The position numbers and the translations under genes are program-made. This document shows positions 1-13,188 of a stretch of 64,000 nucleotides of DNA, piece after piece. The notes below the pieces were generated by a model. It searched no databases. It was given only the letters and a program-made list of their open reading frames with translations, and was not told the origin of the DNA. How positions within the stretch are numbered: the stretch's first letter is position 1; every line of letters starts with the position of its first letter. This DNA comes from Pocillopora verrucosa (Eukaryota). The stretch lies in NCBI RefSeq assembly GCF_036669915.1, contig NC_089313.1, positions 5,177,331 through 5,241,330 of the forward strand, written 5' to 3'.

Positions 1-1789
1 ACCATACTTACCCTGCCGAATGAAACAGCCCAGTTGCCTAAATCACATGAAAATAACCTGTATTCCCCCCCTAGTTAAACAGTTGAATGTATTCACTGAC
101 TTTTAGAGAACACCAGGGCCTGTTTTACTCTTCTAAACCCACTACTGTTCAAAGGTGAGTTAAATATAAATGACACTTATGCACTTTCAAGGTAGAACTC
201 ATTATTTCAGTAGTAGGCTGCACTCTCTACTGGTTTATTAGCATAATGACCAATGTGGAATGTTGAGAGAACACAAAACTTTTCAAGTGTTCTCCCAACA
301 TTCCAATCGCCCATTACGATGGTAAATCAATAGAAAATGCAGTCTATTCCTTTTGTAAAATAACTATTAGTTTACCAGTGCAATGAATGAAAGGTTTTTG
401 ACCAATCAGTGAGGTTGTAGTATTTAAGTTATTTTATTACACACCATAACTGACCAATCAGGGAGGTTTTAGTATCTCAGTTATTTAACAAAACATAAAA
501 ACTGGCCAATCAGGGGGCTTATAGTATCCCAGTTATTGTATGAAACAGCATAACTAGGCCCACCTTTGCCTGTGCAAGATCTTCTGTCAGCCTGCCAATC
601 TGGACTTGAGCTTCAGCTGAGGAAGATTTAAATTTATCCAAAGTCCTACAGAGAAAACATTCTGATCTAAACCACTTCACCACAAAAAAAATTATGTATA
701 TTTTTCATATGCAGTTTGTTCAAAAATTCATTCCAAAAGAAAATAAGAACTGATTTCCAAGATGGATACATGCAAGGGTAAGGAAGATTGATGACAAGTG
801 AATCAAAATTACAACAGATATTCCAGTGAACATCACTCAGAAAAACTAGAGATTACAAACCAGAAAAATTGTTAAAAGTATTAAGCATGTGCCCAGCACT
901 GGTAAAACTAACATTTATAACTTCCATGTTTCTGATGTAGCCAAGCAAGTACAGAGACAGGCCAAAAGAATTCATCCAAGTATGCAATAGCAAATGAAAG
1001 TGCACTAGAAATTCTGATGTGGTGCTAAAAAGGCTGACATATTTTGACTGAATGTTTGACCAAACGACAAACACAAACAGACAGAAGGACTGACATACAG
1101 AGAGTCTGACGGATTGATGCTTAAAAGGGGTCAGTTTCCAAAGAAATAACAGGGGTGGCCGTGAAGCAATTTCTTCATATTCCTATGTTATCCAAATATT
1201 GCCAATTAGAAAGGTAAACCAAATACAAAAAATGATATTATAGTGGAAACTGTTTGATTTAACTCCACATATAAGGAGAATTAGTTTTGCAATCTTAAAA
1301 GTGAAAGGGTTAAATAAATGACGATAAATTAACAGAATAACTGATTCAGTGATTGTTTTAAGTGCATTTGAAAGACTGCATTTATCATTCTTTTCCACCA
1401 AATGCTTTCTGAACAAACTTATAACTAACAAAAACTGGCCTTGAGCTGACTTGGATAAACATGTCTCAGTATATGCAGTGCATTTGTGATCTGATGTAAT
1501 AATTTTCTACAGAAATAAGCAGATACATTTCTGTTGAAAAGAGAAGTTTTACTTTGCTTCATATTGAAAAACTATAAAGTTTTTGAAAAGGAAATAGGAC
1601 AAACATAGCAGACAGGTACTGCATACCACAATGACATCACAAAACTGAAATACACCAAACAAAACAACTTGGCACTGCAGGTAATCTTAAACTTTTGGAC
1701 AAAATGGGATGGAAACTAGACTCTTGGCAAGCTGTGAAGAGCAAATTCTTCACAAGCCTTAGGTAAGAGATCCAGTCTGGTTTGCGAGC

Positions 1790-1878
1790 CGACATGTTAC
1801 CTGTCCTTTTCTCTGAGTTGTTCATTGAGGTAAACCAGCTTTTGTGAACTATCACCGGAATTCTTTGCCAATTCAGCA
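1790..1878 (-). CDS. CLIP1: CLIP1-like coiled-coil exon (approx.). The gene continues past the window start.
   Basis: Acceptor tcctacag|, donor acag|gtaaca. Encodes ESQIAELAKNSGDSSQKLVYLNEQLREKDR. Confidence 0.5.
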
Positions 1879-3239
1879 ATTTGGGACTCCTGTAGGAGAA
1901 TTTGAAATGAAACACTCAGGTGATATTTAATTTTGCTAATTAACTGTTTGAAAATAGTTCTGGCTTTTCATATTACTCCTTCAGAAGTGTCATTTCAACA
2001 GAAAAAAAATGTTTAATCGCAAGCAGAAAACAACAAAGATTGCACGACAAACAAAATATTTTCTTTCTCCATCTGAGTGGGTTGTAGCTCTCAGCATTTG
2101 AATCTGAAGGGACACAGAAACCTACATAATTTAAAGAACAGAGTTCTTTAAAAGCACAAGAAAGAACTGAATTTGAATTCCTACTAAACCAAGGTTGTTT
2201 GCTTACTGTGGTGAGACCACACAAAGGAGTACAAACCACACCTAGTTCCTAGATTTTCTGGGTGAAAAGTGGGCCATTATGAAGTGATCATAAATTATGC
2301 ATTACAAGATTGACGAAGTCATAAAGTGACTTATTGTTGCTACATTAGAACTTCAGAAGGTGCAGAATTAGAAAACACAAATATAGTGTAACATTGTTAT
2401 AAAATGCTGGGCACTTCATTAAAAGACAAATTAAAAGACTTATTAAAAATTTGATGCAATGAATTTAAGAATACCACTTTTTAACCTTTTAACTTCCAGA
2501 AGTGATTAACATGCAAGTTCTCCCTATAATATCCAAACATTATCTAACAAACTGGTAAATGTTATTTTAATCCATAACCAAATTCTCATAACTAATTTAA
2601 AAGGAGATTTGTAGCAGCTGGAAGGGAGAATTAACAATCAGATCTTGAATTCAAAGGGTTGAATTTACAAAAGAACCCAGCCATCAGCAGAAGGATATCA
2701 GGTATTGTAAACTTAATTAATATGGCCACTTCTGAATCAAGAAAGACTGTGGACAAAATGGAAAGATTTTGATGACTCGATAACTTCCATAACAATAGAC
2801 TGGCCATTTGTTTTCAAACACTTACAAGACCTGAATATTGTACATATAAAATCAGGCTGAACTCTCTTAATACAAAACTCCTGTGTGTAAGCCCTTTTCA
2901 TCAGCCCAGAAATGATCAACATGTACCTTCTCTCAATAATACCCATACACTATCCAGCAAACAAGTAATGAGAATACTTAAACTAACTGACACCAGCCTC
3001 TTGTAACTGATTAACAAGGAAATGTGTAGCAGCTACAGGAAGAATCAACAGTCAGATATTGGAGTGAACCAAATACAAGGGAACCAATGGTGATAAAAGG
3101 GTTCTCCACAAAATAGGAAGAACAAGGACAAAAACGTGGGGAACTCAAAAAGGTATTGAGTGCCTTTTCATGTGGCACAGATTAATTCCATGATAAAAAA
3201 GTATAAACCTTAATAACAGAAATAATACTTTGGAGAAAC

Positions 3240-3478
3240 CTCAACCCTCTAACTCCCAGAAGTGATTAACAAGTAACTTCTCCCTACAATATTTATGCAT
3301 TGTACAGCAAACAGGTCAATGGTAATGAGGTAATGAGAATACTCAAATGTATCAGGTAAAAGTTGTCATCTGGATCTAACACCAAGTTCTCGTAACTTAT
3401 TTACAAGGAAATGATTAGCAGCTGGAGGGGAGAATCAACAATCAGATCTTGGAGAGATCTGGGAGTTAAAAGGTTAAT
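3240..3478 (+). mobile_element. piggyBac-like MITE, subfamily A, full copy with TTAA ends and about 20-bp TIRs
   Basis: Starts TTAACCCTCTAACTCCCAGAAGTGATTAAC… and ends …TCTGGGAGTTAAAAGGTTAA. Other subfamily A copies are at about 2481-2674, 2895-3070, 6068-6264, 17630-17836, 33935-34145 (rev), 37080-37300 (rev), 39785-39905, 44055-44235, 48290-48375 and 51860-52000. Confidence 0.75.
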
Positions 3479-4393
3479 CCATATCAAATGAACAGAATAT
3501 TGCAGGGGTTCTTTGGTGACATGATAACGATGGCAATCTCATCCCAAAGCATTATGAGAGAAAGCAGAAAGCTGTGAGTTACAAAAACAGCCTAGAAAAG
3601 AAGTTAAAGTAATGGAAAGTAATTTGACAGGAACCTAAAGATATACTAACATAACACTCTCAAACATTCCCTCAAGCACCCAAGCCATATTACATCGGAG
3701 TGGTATTACCATCAATACTACATGTAGAATCAAAAGAGAATGCAATCAAATGTATACTAACCAATTTAGCTTTGTCTGCAGCAAGATTCTCTGATCTGAC
3801 TTCACTTAAATGAAGCTGTTTTTGAAGTTCTTTACAACCATGAAGAAGAAGACAAATAAACATTATTTGCATGGTTTATTCCACACCTCAACATTGGCAG
3901 CTGCTTATGAAAAAAGCTAGTGAAATCCCTGTAATATCATGCTCAACTCCTTCTGGCACTGCTCACATTGGTTGAAATTTACTTCAAATATTTCTTGAGT
4001 ATTCACAGTGTCCTAAATTTACCCAGTGGTGTTATGTACACCAACACAACATTTTTCTCCTTTTTCTATTTTCTGCTCTAGATAAAAATATCTAAATTTA
4101 TCATTATTTACCAAGTGTTGTGTCCTTGATCACTTGAAGCTCACTGCATAGGGAAGAAAATTCATCTTCCTTGTGGTGGAGCTTTTCTGTAAGATCTACA
4201 ATTTGATTCGAAGATGTGAGAAAATGCTGACCTGAGACCTTGGAAATAAATGAAGATTTCACATTTACCTACACTGGATGGGTTTGCCCTTTTCCAATGC
4301 ACCTATCACTTCCCATACATATGTTGGGAAACATACTTCACTTTTGATATTTAATAAAAAAAAATAAAAAAAATAAAAAAAGAAGCACTTCTT

Positions 4394-4455
4394 ACCATTG
4401 ATCTCTTTTTGCAAAGTTTCATTCTCTTCCTTTGACCTCACAAGTTCTGATTTCT
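4394..4455 (-). CDS. CLIP1: CLIP1-like coiled-coil exon (approx.)
   Basis: Acceptor ttgcag|, donor aatg|gtaaga. Encodes KSELVRSKEENETLQKEIN. Confidence 0.5.
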
Positions 4456-4745
4456 GCAACAAAAATAATGTTGTCAAAACAAACCGATATCTGTCTTCTT
4501 GTTCATTCATAGAAAGAAATTGGCCAGCATTTACTTAACAAGCTATCAGAGGAGTATTTTTCACAGCTTCCACTTTTGGTGCTCAACACTGTTTACTCAG
4601 AAGGCTAAACCACACAAAGATGATTTCTGTTTAAAGAATTATTTAGGTACATTTATGCACAAATCTAACCACACTGTTTTTAAAACATATTACACTATAC
4701 TGAGCATATGATAATTTATAAGATGAAACAAAAGCTACACCTACC

Positions 4746-5026
4746 AGGATTTTAATCTCACTATCAAGACCCGTCTTGATCTTAGCATGTTCCTCTATAT
4801 CCTTTGCCAAAGCACTGATCCTTTCAGAATTCTCTCTGAGCTGCTGTTCTCTTATGCTGGCATCACTGGAATGCTCCTCTTGCTTTGCAAACAGTGTTGC
4901 CTCCAGTTCTCTGATCTTGCTATCAGAATCACTGACTGATGTCCGCAAATTTGAAACTAAAGTATTTGATTCAGACAAAGTACTCTCTAATTCTGTAATT
5001 TTTGATAATGCTGTGCTTTTTTCAGT
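4746..5026 (-). CDS. CLIP1: CLIP1-like coiled-coil exon (large; part of the ORF 4643..5104)
   Basis: Acceptor ttttccag|, donor cctg|gtaggt. Encodes TEKSTALSKITELESTLSESNTLVSNLRTSVSDSDSKIRELEATLFAKQEEHSSDASIREQQLRENSERISALAKDIEEHAKIKTGLDSEIKI. Confidence 0.6.
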
Positions 5027-5440
5027 CTGGAAAAAAAAATGTGGAAACTGATCATCAACAAATGCATGCAAGTGTATCATAGGCCACTTAACCATATTCC
5101 ACATGGAGCCATTTTCAATTGGGTGTCAAAAGCAGTTCTGGATTGCATTGGTCTTGCTTTACTGCTCTCAGTGATTGGTCCAAAAATCTTGCACCACTAT
5201 ATCAATCAATCAGATACAAAACTAAAACCAGTCATAACTTTGTTACCTGCATTTTCCCAGTTTTTACTTGTTTTTACTTTGAGCTCTCAATGGCTACTCT
5301 GTGTATTTTCCTTTCCTCCGATAGGCTGATGCAATTACTCTGGGTTTGGTTGTTATGACACTCAATAGAAGATTGCTCTGAACATAACTCCAACATTATT
5401 TCAACATAAGTTCACAACTGTGAAAGAATTAACCATACCT

Positions 5441-5523
5441 GTGTTGTTTCGAGCTCTTCCTTTAGTCTGGAAAGTGAGGCAACCTTTTCTTTTAGTTCAA
5501 TCTCAAGTGTTTCAATTTCTTTC
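5441..5523 (-). CDS. CLIP1: CLIP1-like coiled-coil exon (approx.)
   Basis: Acceptor ttgttag|, donor acag|gtatgg. Encodes IEQKEIETLEIELKEKVASLSRLKEELETTQ. Confidence 0.55.
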
Positions 5524-5921
5524 TGCTCAATCTAACAACCAGAAAAATTCAATACATGATTTTACAGTACTCTGCATAAGATGATATCATTCATGATACA
5601 ATCAGTCCTGATAAAACTAAAAGACATAAATGTTTTAAGGCAGGTAACTTGGAGGGCACTACTTTCATGGAAGATTTTAAGACCTAGTAAGCACTACAAA
5701 CTTCTGAGACAACAGCTCTCAGACTTTCTCTTTTTCAGGCCTGGTGATTCTTTGTAAGAGCACAGCTTTGCTAACTTACATAACAAATAGATCAGAACCT
5801 CAGATGTTCTATGATTGTGACTATTGGTAATCACCTTTCTAAAACTTCAAGGGAAAGGCAAAAAAAGGATCCTGAAAATTTCTCAGCAAATACCATGTTT
5901 AAATCACAAAGAAGGTGATAT

Positions 5922-5990
5922 ACCTTAAGTTCATCTCCAAGAGTAATCTCCTCCTCCTCCAATTTAAATTGTAAATCTTCCACCTTCCTG
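5922..5990 (-). CDS. CLIP1: CLIP1-like coiled-coil exon (KVEDLQFKLEEEEITLGDELK)
   Basis: Acceptor tatacag|, donor aag|gtatat. Matches human CLIP-170 [20 protein letters not shown]. Confidence 0.75.
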
Positions 5991-6281
5991 TATAAACATG
6001 AATAACAGTAAATAACTTAATTTCAGCCAATGATCCTATACTAATTAGTGATAAGCTTTCCTGGTCAACCTTTAAACTCTCAGAAGTGGTTAAAATGCAA
6101 CTTCTCCATACATTATCCAGCAAACTGGTCATGAGAATACTCAACTTATCAGGTAGAAGTTGTTATCTTGATCAGACACTGATTCTCATAACTAAATTAC
6201 AAGGAAATGTGTAGCAATTTGATGGGAGAATTAATAATCAGACCTCTGACATTGAAGGGTTAATTGATCAAACAGTATCCA

Positions 6282-7081
6282 GTCAAGTCGCCGACGGTTC
6301 AACTTGCCAACGCCAAGCGTTTAGAAAATGTTTTTTGTTCACCAGCATAGCCTGGTATTAAGATGGACCAAATGTAGACACCTTCAAAAGTGAGCTACCT
6401 AAGTGTGAATCTAGAATGACACTGGTTGTGACACAATAACTTGTTCACGTTCAAAGATATTGGTCATTGGTGATGTTCACCTTACTTTCTTCACCTTACT
6501 TTCTTCACCTTGAGATCCTTATAAGCTTTGTTGGAAATAAAAAGAATTTTTTTTTTTACTAAAGATCTTGTTTAGAAAGCCAATTTTTTTTTCAATCTGA
6601 CAGATTATGATGAGTCTTTAAAGAGTTGTTGTCACACAATAACTAAATCGTTCGTGTCTAAAGCTTTTTTGGTCATTGGCAATGTTCACCTTGCTTTATT
6701 TGCCTTGAGATCCTAATAAAATTTGTTGGAAATAAAAAGAATTGTTTTTTACTAAATATCTTGTCTAGAAAGCCAAGTTTTCTTAAAAAATCTGATTGAT
6801 TGACAAGATGAGTCTTTACAGTGTTGTTGTCAAACAATAACTTGTTCATGGCTGAATCTTTTATAGTCATTGGCAATGTTTACCTTGCTTTATTCACCAT
6901 TAGATCCTTATAAACTTTGTTGGAAGAAAAAAAATAGTTTTTTTACGAAAGATCTTTTACTTTTCTACATGTTTAACTTCTCTTGAGTTGTACTGGATTG
7001 AAGACCAACTCGCCAATGTCTCTACTCGATTTTATACGTTGGTGAGTTGGCATTGGCAAGTTAAACCATCAGCGACTTGAC
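6282..7081. mobile_element. Non-autonomous TIR DNA element (about 800 bp), roughly 36-bp TIRs flanking three internal tandem repeats of about 205 bp
   Basis: Left end GTCAAGTCGCCGACGGTTCAACTTGCCAACGCCAA. Right end is the reverse complement of …TTGGCATTGGCAAGTTAAACCATCAGCGACTTGAC. Three internal units at about 6425-6640, 6640-6845 and 6845-7000 share tgtYacacaataactNNttcRtg…ttggtcattggcaatgttcaccttgctttattcacc…tccttataaRctttgttggaaataaaaagaat. The TSD is not clear. The insertion abuts a subfamily A MITE. Confidence 0.6.
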
Positions 7082-7126
7082 CATAATTCGATCAAACACA
7101 GTTGAACTCCTGAATTCGACTTTTAC

Positions 7127-7232
7127 CTTTTCTCTTCTTCCAGCTGTGACTGGAGGTCATCTTTTTCTTTATTTGATGTTTCAAGCAAGCTCTGAAGTTC
7201 GCTGATGCTCTTTTCTTTCTCAAGAATAGCCT
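7127..7232 (-). CDS. CLIP1: CLIP1-like coiled-coil exon (approx.)
   Basis: Acceptor tatacag|, donor aaaag|gtaaaa. Heptad-rich AILEKEKSISELQSLLETSNKEKDDLQSQLEEEK. Confidence 0.6.
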
Positions 7233-7920
7233 GTATACATGCAAGTCAAACATGTTTTAATGTTCTTTAAGATCACTAAACAAAATACCTTGATAATACC
7301 ATTCAAGTCACTTGACTTGAAATTTCTGCCAGCAGTCTAATTTCTAAGCAGCAACCCTGCTATAAACAAGCATTCACCATGTACTGTACAATACCTCATT
7401 GTGTTTTTCCTTTAGTTTGCCAACTTCTTCCTCAACCTGCAATTATTCAAAGCATTAGCTTAGAGTTGAAATTTTCAAGGAATACGATTAAATTTCTCCC
7501 ATTTCACATTCAAGAGCTTGAATCATGAAATTTAAGTTAACTAAGTCTGTCAACATGAAGTGTGCAGTTAATAAAGAAATGATGTTAATAAAATGAACAA
7601 TCATTTCAGGGGAAAAGGGGTTAAAATCTTTTAAAAAATTCAACAAAGTTTGCACAGAATTGCATTAATAGCACCACACCAAAACCAGCAATTTAAGGAA
7701 TATTGAAAAGAATTTTGCTCACAAAGAACAGTTGCTGAAATTATACCATAATCAATAAAAAGCTTTGAAATTTTTGTAAAGAGACGTTAAAACAGAAGAG
7801 CCTTGCACAGTTGTCAAGTCCTGAAAACAAGACCAGAGACCTCTCAAACAGGACACACAAGACAAGAAAGAACACTGTTAATTGAGATACAACTGAGAAA
7901 TTACCACCACTGCACAATAC

Positions 7921-8019
7921 CTTAGTAACTTGACTTGTAGCATTAGCAACTTCTGCTCGTTCAAACTCTCTATCTGCCAGAAGGGACTGGATTTGCTTCT
8001 CTCTATCCTCCAGTGCTTC
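7921..8019 (-). CDS. CLIP1: CLIP1-like coiled-coil exon (EALEDREKQIQSLLADREFERAEVANATSQVTK)
   Basis: 99 nt, phase 0. Acceptor taatag|, donor aag|gtattg. Aligns to human CLIP-170 [31 protein letters not shown]. Confidence 0.85.
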
Positions 8020-9860
8020 CTATTAGTTAGTTAAATCCAATTTCAGGTCACAAATTTACTCACTTTGTTTCACACTGTCACTTAATTCTTTTCACCCCTA
8101 TATCAGTCTACATATTCTCTATACTGTTCACCATACATTTCCTAATAAACTGACAAGGAGAATTTGTTTAACAATCAAGAGCTTAGTTGATGATCATTTC
8201 CTTTATTCTCACGACCTTAATGTTTGATTCAGTGGTGATCTTGTGAGGAGAAATTAAATGCTGGTCACTTTTAGGGGTCAAAAGGTTTATAAACAATCAT
8301 TTAGTCCAGGAAGCATTAGCATGAAAAAAAAAATTGATATTTAGTGGATTTTTTTCCACTTTTGATTAATACCCATTTGTTAAAAAAAATTCATTTTAGC
8401 CATTATAAATTGCCCATAATTTTTTCAGCAAGATACATCAACAATTTGAAGGATTTTTTATATTTCATTTACATTTCTAAATTCAGTGATACTGTTTCAA
8501 AAGAACAGTATCGTGCATTTATCATTTATATATTACAGCCATTGATAAATGACCAGTAACTACTACATGAATAAATTTTAATTTCAACATGAGTGTTTAT
8601 GTTGGCCCTCTAGTAAGTAAATTTATGTATTTTTACCAAATATGAATGCTAACCCTTTCACTTGCTATGATCTCATTAGTAATTCTCTTTACTGTCTGCA
8701 ATAATTTTCTTATAATATTAGTTGGGAGAATTTGGCATTAGATTGACTAATAATCCCCTCTTTGATATCTATTCTCATCACTTCTCTGCTCAATATTGTC
8801 TTGGTATTGTACAGAGAAATTCTGTCTTGGTCACCCATAGGAGTTGAAGACAGACTTCTGGCACAAATTTCACCTATCACATGATCGTCAGTCAGAGTAA
8901 ATTTTTTCTGCACAAGCTTAGTTAAGCTTTAACCATTAAAATTTAGATTTTAACAGCCCATTGTTTGACTGGTCACCAAGAACATGTTCTTACCACACAG
9001 TTTATTATTACATTTATTATTAACAGTAGGTAAAATTTTTCTATTAAGTTTATTTACCTTTTTAGAGTTTCTCTTACCTCCTTTTTTTTAACAATATAAC
9101 CTGAAATATCTCTCATTACGGTAGATGTCTGAAAAACAACATGCTGTTAAGTTTTTATCCCATGTATAAGAATTAAAAAGTCTTAAGTTCATCAAAGTTA
9201 ACTCAGGTATGCTAACATTTAAAAGTGACACTTTTCTTTGTGTGCAAAATATTTTAGGTTAGGCTGTACAAACCATTACACAGACTTAGTAAAAAACAGT
9301 TCTTAGGAGCTTGCTTGGGTAATTCAAAGCAAATATGTGCTGATTTCATTTCAGAAAATCAGAAAAGTAATCAAAAGCTCTTGTTGTTTTGTACACAAAT
9401 GGTGCACCCATTGTTCACTAGCATGTGTTTTTTTCCTAAGGTGAAGTGCATTAATTTTATACTTAGCAATACTTTATGTTAATAATGGTCTCACAGTCTG
9501 GCCACTGCAACTGCAGATAGTGGTAGTTCCCAACACTGCTAGTCTCCATCAGTTACCAAGTGTTACTGGTTATTTGTCAATTGATAAAGGAATGTTTCAT
9601 TTTAATAAGACTACCTCTAACAACTGTGATGGGCACAATTTGATCCTTGATTGAGAAAATCTCTTTAGAGCCGAGAAAAGATTAAAATTGTTGTGGTTTA
9701 TGTTTTCACCAGTTTGTTGTTATCTATTTATTCTTAAAGGTGAAGAGCAGTCCTCTAAGATCCAAGCCCTCTTTGTTCCCAGTCCACAGCACTAAACATT
9801 AAACCACTGTCTCTGCTAGTTATCAAACAAGCAAATTGAGCAAATAAGAAAGTTAATAAC

Positions 9861-9977
9861 CTGCAAAGCCACCAATTGTGATGTCACCACACCAGATGAT
9901 GCAGGAGACTGGGTGAGCCCTGATGGGGGTGGTGATGATTTAACTTCAGACACCTCTGGTTCAGGGCTTGAGATAAT
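9861..9977 (-). CDS. CLIP1: CLIP1-like exon 3 (Ser/Pro-rich linker)
   Basis: Acceptor gcaacag| and donor ttgcag|gttatt. Encodes IISSPEPEVSEVKSSPPPSGLTQSPASSGVVTSQLVALQ. Confidence 0.7.
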
Positions 9978-10443
9978 CTGTTGCAAACAAAATATAAACG
10001 GTATCATAATTTGTTGATTGCAAAAAGGTAGCCAGAATGGTTAAATATTGCTTTTAGATTTTGTTTCCAGGTGAATAAAAGGGCAAAGTTTCTGAAGAAA
10101 CTCTTATGGTGGTGCATCTGTTCAGGAAATTACAAGATAATTTGGTATTATGAACTGATCTTATGATGTAAATTGGCTCTAGTAAAGAGTCAGTTCTAAA
10201 GCTGACATTTCAAGCATTAGTCCTTTGTCAGAGGGAAACATCAGCATTAGAAACTCTCAAGGGTGGCCAATCTACATTATCAATCTAATTGATAAAACCA
10301 AATTATCTTTTATTTCCAGATGGTTTTTTTTATGTTCATCATTTGTTCCCTTCTCTTTTCTTGTCCTTTCTCTTATGTAATGACTTAACAATTCACATCA
10401 AAATGAATTATTGCCTTTAGTGTCAGTAAAACTCAATTATTAC

Positions 10444-10666
10444 CTGTGAGGTACTTAATGTAGATGGCTTAGGGGTAGAGGAGGATTCACTGAGGGTTGA
10501 AGAAACTGAATTAATAGAACTGTTACTTCCAAGTGCACCCAAGGAGTTCTGTACATCATTTCCTTGAGGAGGTTGCGGTTGAAGTCTTGGTGGTAGAGGT
10601 AAACTTGAAATAGCAACTTTATGTAGTGGAGCAAACAGTCCAAAGTTAGGCTCACACTGGAAATAT
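10444..10666 (-). CDS. CLIP1: CLIP1-like exon 2 (end of second CAP-Gly, YFQCEPNFGLFAPLHKV)
   Basis: Acceptor ttccttcaag| and donor cacag|gtaata. Translation (R)YFQCEPNFGLFAPLHKVAISSLPLPP… continues the CAP-Gly domain in frame (human TRYFQCQPKYGLFAPVHKV). Confidence 0.85.
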
Positions 10667-12247
10667 CTTGAAGGAAACAGAAGAGCAGTTAGCCACAAGT
10701 ACAACAAATCCTTTGTGCATAAAATGGAACATCAGTGTCAGACTTAAATGGAAACAAAAGTTTGAAGATTAAATCTCTTTTCTTTTCTTTTTTTTAATTA
10801 TTCTAGAATCACCAATGATCAAAACAAAATAAAATAAAAACTTAAACTGTAAAATGGATGGGTTGAATTTGATAAATTAAAAATAAATGGCTTTTTGTAT
10901 TTGGATTTTTTTAACTGGAAGAGAACATTGCATGAAAGTAATCAAAGGATGGATATAAAGAAAGAAAAAAAAGATGATTGAGTGAAATCTCAATATCAAA
11001 AGGGGTTCCTATACTCATTTACTTTTAAATTACGTATTCATTCACTGACAAGATGTCACCTAAACTTATTTACTGCATTAAGTTTGATGCACTATAAAGA
11101 AATGCCAGATAACCCAAGAAATCAGCAACATTCCAGATTAAAACTATTCAAATGATAAAGAGGAAAGGGACCTCCTTCCTTTATTTAAAAATTTATACTT
11201 CTATTACATAACCACAAAAGCCTCAGTTTGACAAACATCTGAGTGCAGGTTCAATATCAGATTAATGTTCTTGATGTTTTAACAAAGACAACGTCCTCCA
11301 AAATTACTACTATATTAAAAAACTGGCTGATGAAATATTCACAGCCCAATTTTATTTTTTGTGTCATGATATCTAATCTATGCTGCAGGTAATCTGGCTG
11401 TGCTGCATGTTGCCATTTGCAGCACCATATTGTAAGAAAAAACCCACCATTTTTTTGTTTTGTTTTTTTTTTCCCACTGATTCTGGCACACTTAAAGGCT
11501 GTATCTGTGCCTTTCAAAAAATAACACTGAAATGACCTTAGTAATTCCCTTCATCAACATTTTCCACATGTCAGTGATAAATATAATTATGGGAGATCCA
11601 AATGTGCTTATAATTTACCCAAAGATTTCGAAAAATGTTCTCCTGGTGCTCTGCCAAATTTTCAGACAACATGCTATACCGTACTCTATACCTTATGTGT
11701 CGCACATATAGACGAAAATAAAATTTCTAAATGTCTTTCTACTAATCATGAATTAGTTTATAAATGGGCAATTATAAACAACTAGCTTCTAGTAAAAATG
11801 ATGCGCTTAGAAACAATTATAATTTTAAATTCAAACTCAATTCAATGCCTGAGGGAATGTTTCAAAAATTAAGTATTCAACCGGTAATATAAAAGCCATC
11901 ATTCCAAAATGATAAAGTCACCGCGTTCCACATATAACTATGATAAATTTTTGCTCACGAAAGTGAAATGCCAAACGTAGCTGTAATTTCAGCCGACGTG
12001 GCATCAGTAACAAACACGTGATGTATTGAACTAATGATGCATCGTTTGAAAACCAAGAAGTTTCCAAGAGGCATCATTTAAATCTAAAATTAACCACAAT
12101 TGTATTAAACATTTATTGTGCTATAGAATTCAATATCAACATCTATACAAAATTCTGCGAGTTTAAAACTATCCGTCTTTAGTCATCTGTAGAAAAGACA
12201 CACCTGTTTAGTTTTGATTTCCAAACATTAAACAGAACACATTTTAC

Positions 12248-13188
12248 CTTGTTCCAGCGACAGCACCATCGTTTTTCCCCAGTGGCTCGTCTAGTTCAAT
12301 ACCAGCCCATTCTCCCTTAGCAAATCCAGTTTCTCCAAGATACCGAACTACACCATGTTTCGAACCGCTTACAACGACACGGTCGCCAATTTCTAAGTTA
12401 GCTTTCTTTTTCTCAACTTTAACATCACTCGATGAAGTTCTCCTACCGTCGATTTGGTTAATTTTAGTGAGTTTCTCAAGCTTTGTAAATATCCCATGAC
12501 CCGCATCGCATTCAAAATAACGCACCCCTTGAACACTTCCATTATTTTTGCCGACGCACTCGTCAAGAACTACTCCAGCCCAATCACCCTTGGCAAATTT
12601 TGTCTGTCCAATAAAAGCTATAGAGCCAGGATTCGAGTTTCCTACTAACACCCGATCTCCGAGTTTGAACAAGCTGAGTAGATTTGAATTCGACGGGTCA
12701 ACAGGCGCAGTTTGACTTTGACTTTCCGAAGGCGCTCGAGAAATTTCGCCACGTCTTCTTATAGCGGGAGCACCATTAGCTCTAGATGAAGCTCCGCGTA
12801 AACTAGAACTAGAACTCTCTCTTCTGTACTGCAGTCTTGTTTGAGAATTCTCTCTTGAAGGAAGTCTCGGTTGAGCAACTTCTGCTCCAGTTAGAGATCC
12901 CCGTGGACTCACCAAGCGCTCACGGCTTGCGCTCAATTTGCCATTGTCGCTGGTTGGCATTCCTCGTCGAGTTACTCCACTTGAAGTCTGGCCAAGTTTA
13001 GCCCCCGTAGGACTAGTTCTTGGTTGTACTGTAGACGATCCTGCCTGAGAAGAATTAGAAACAGATCCACGTGGTTTTACTGAAGGAGCTGAAGGTTGAG
13101 ATCCGGCACCTACACCGCCACCTTGAACCGGTTTAACAATTCTACTTGGGGTTTTAAGACGCGACAGTCCTGACGGAATCTGGCTCAT
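12248..13188 (-). CDS. CLIP1: CLIP-170/CLIP1-like cytoplasmic linker protein, exon 1 (start codon, Ser-rich region, two CAP-Gly domains)
   Basis: ORF-track 314 aa has two GKNDG CAP-Gly cores (…GSIAFIGQTKFAKGDWAGVVLDE…GKNNGSVQGVRYFECD… and …GVVRYLGETGFAKGEWAGIELDEPLGKNDGAVAGTR). Donor ag|gtaaaatg at 12247. Closely matches the human CLIP1 N-terminus. Confidence 0.88.

Noticed and set aside
4776-5358. Plus-strand ORFs 4776..5051, 5039..5329, 5119..5358
   Set aside because: Antisense to or overlapping the CLIP1 coiled-coil exon and its intron. Low-complexity, no homology.
12454-12648. ORF 12454..12648 (+), 64 aa
   Set aside because: Antisense to CLIP1 exon 1 (CAP-Gly coding). No homology.
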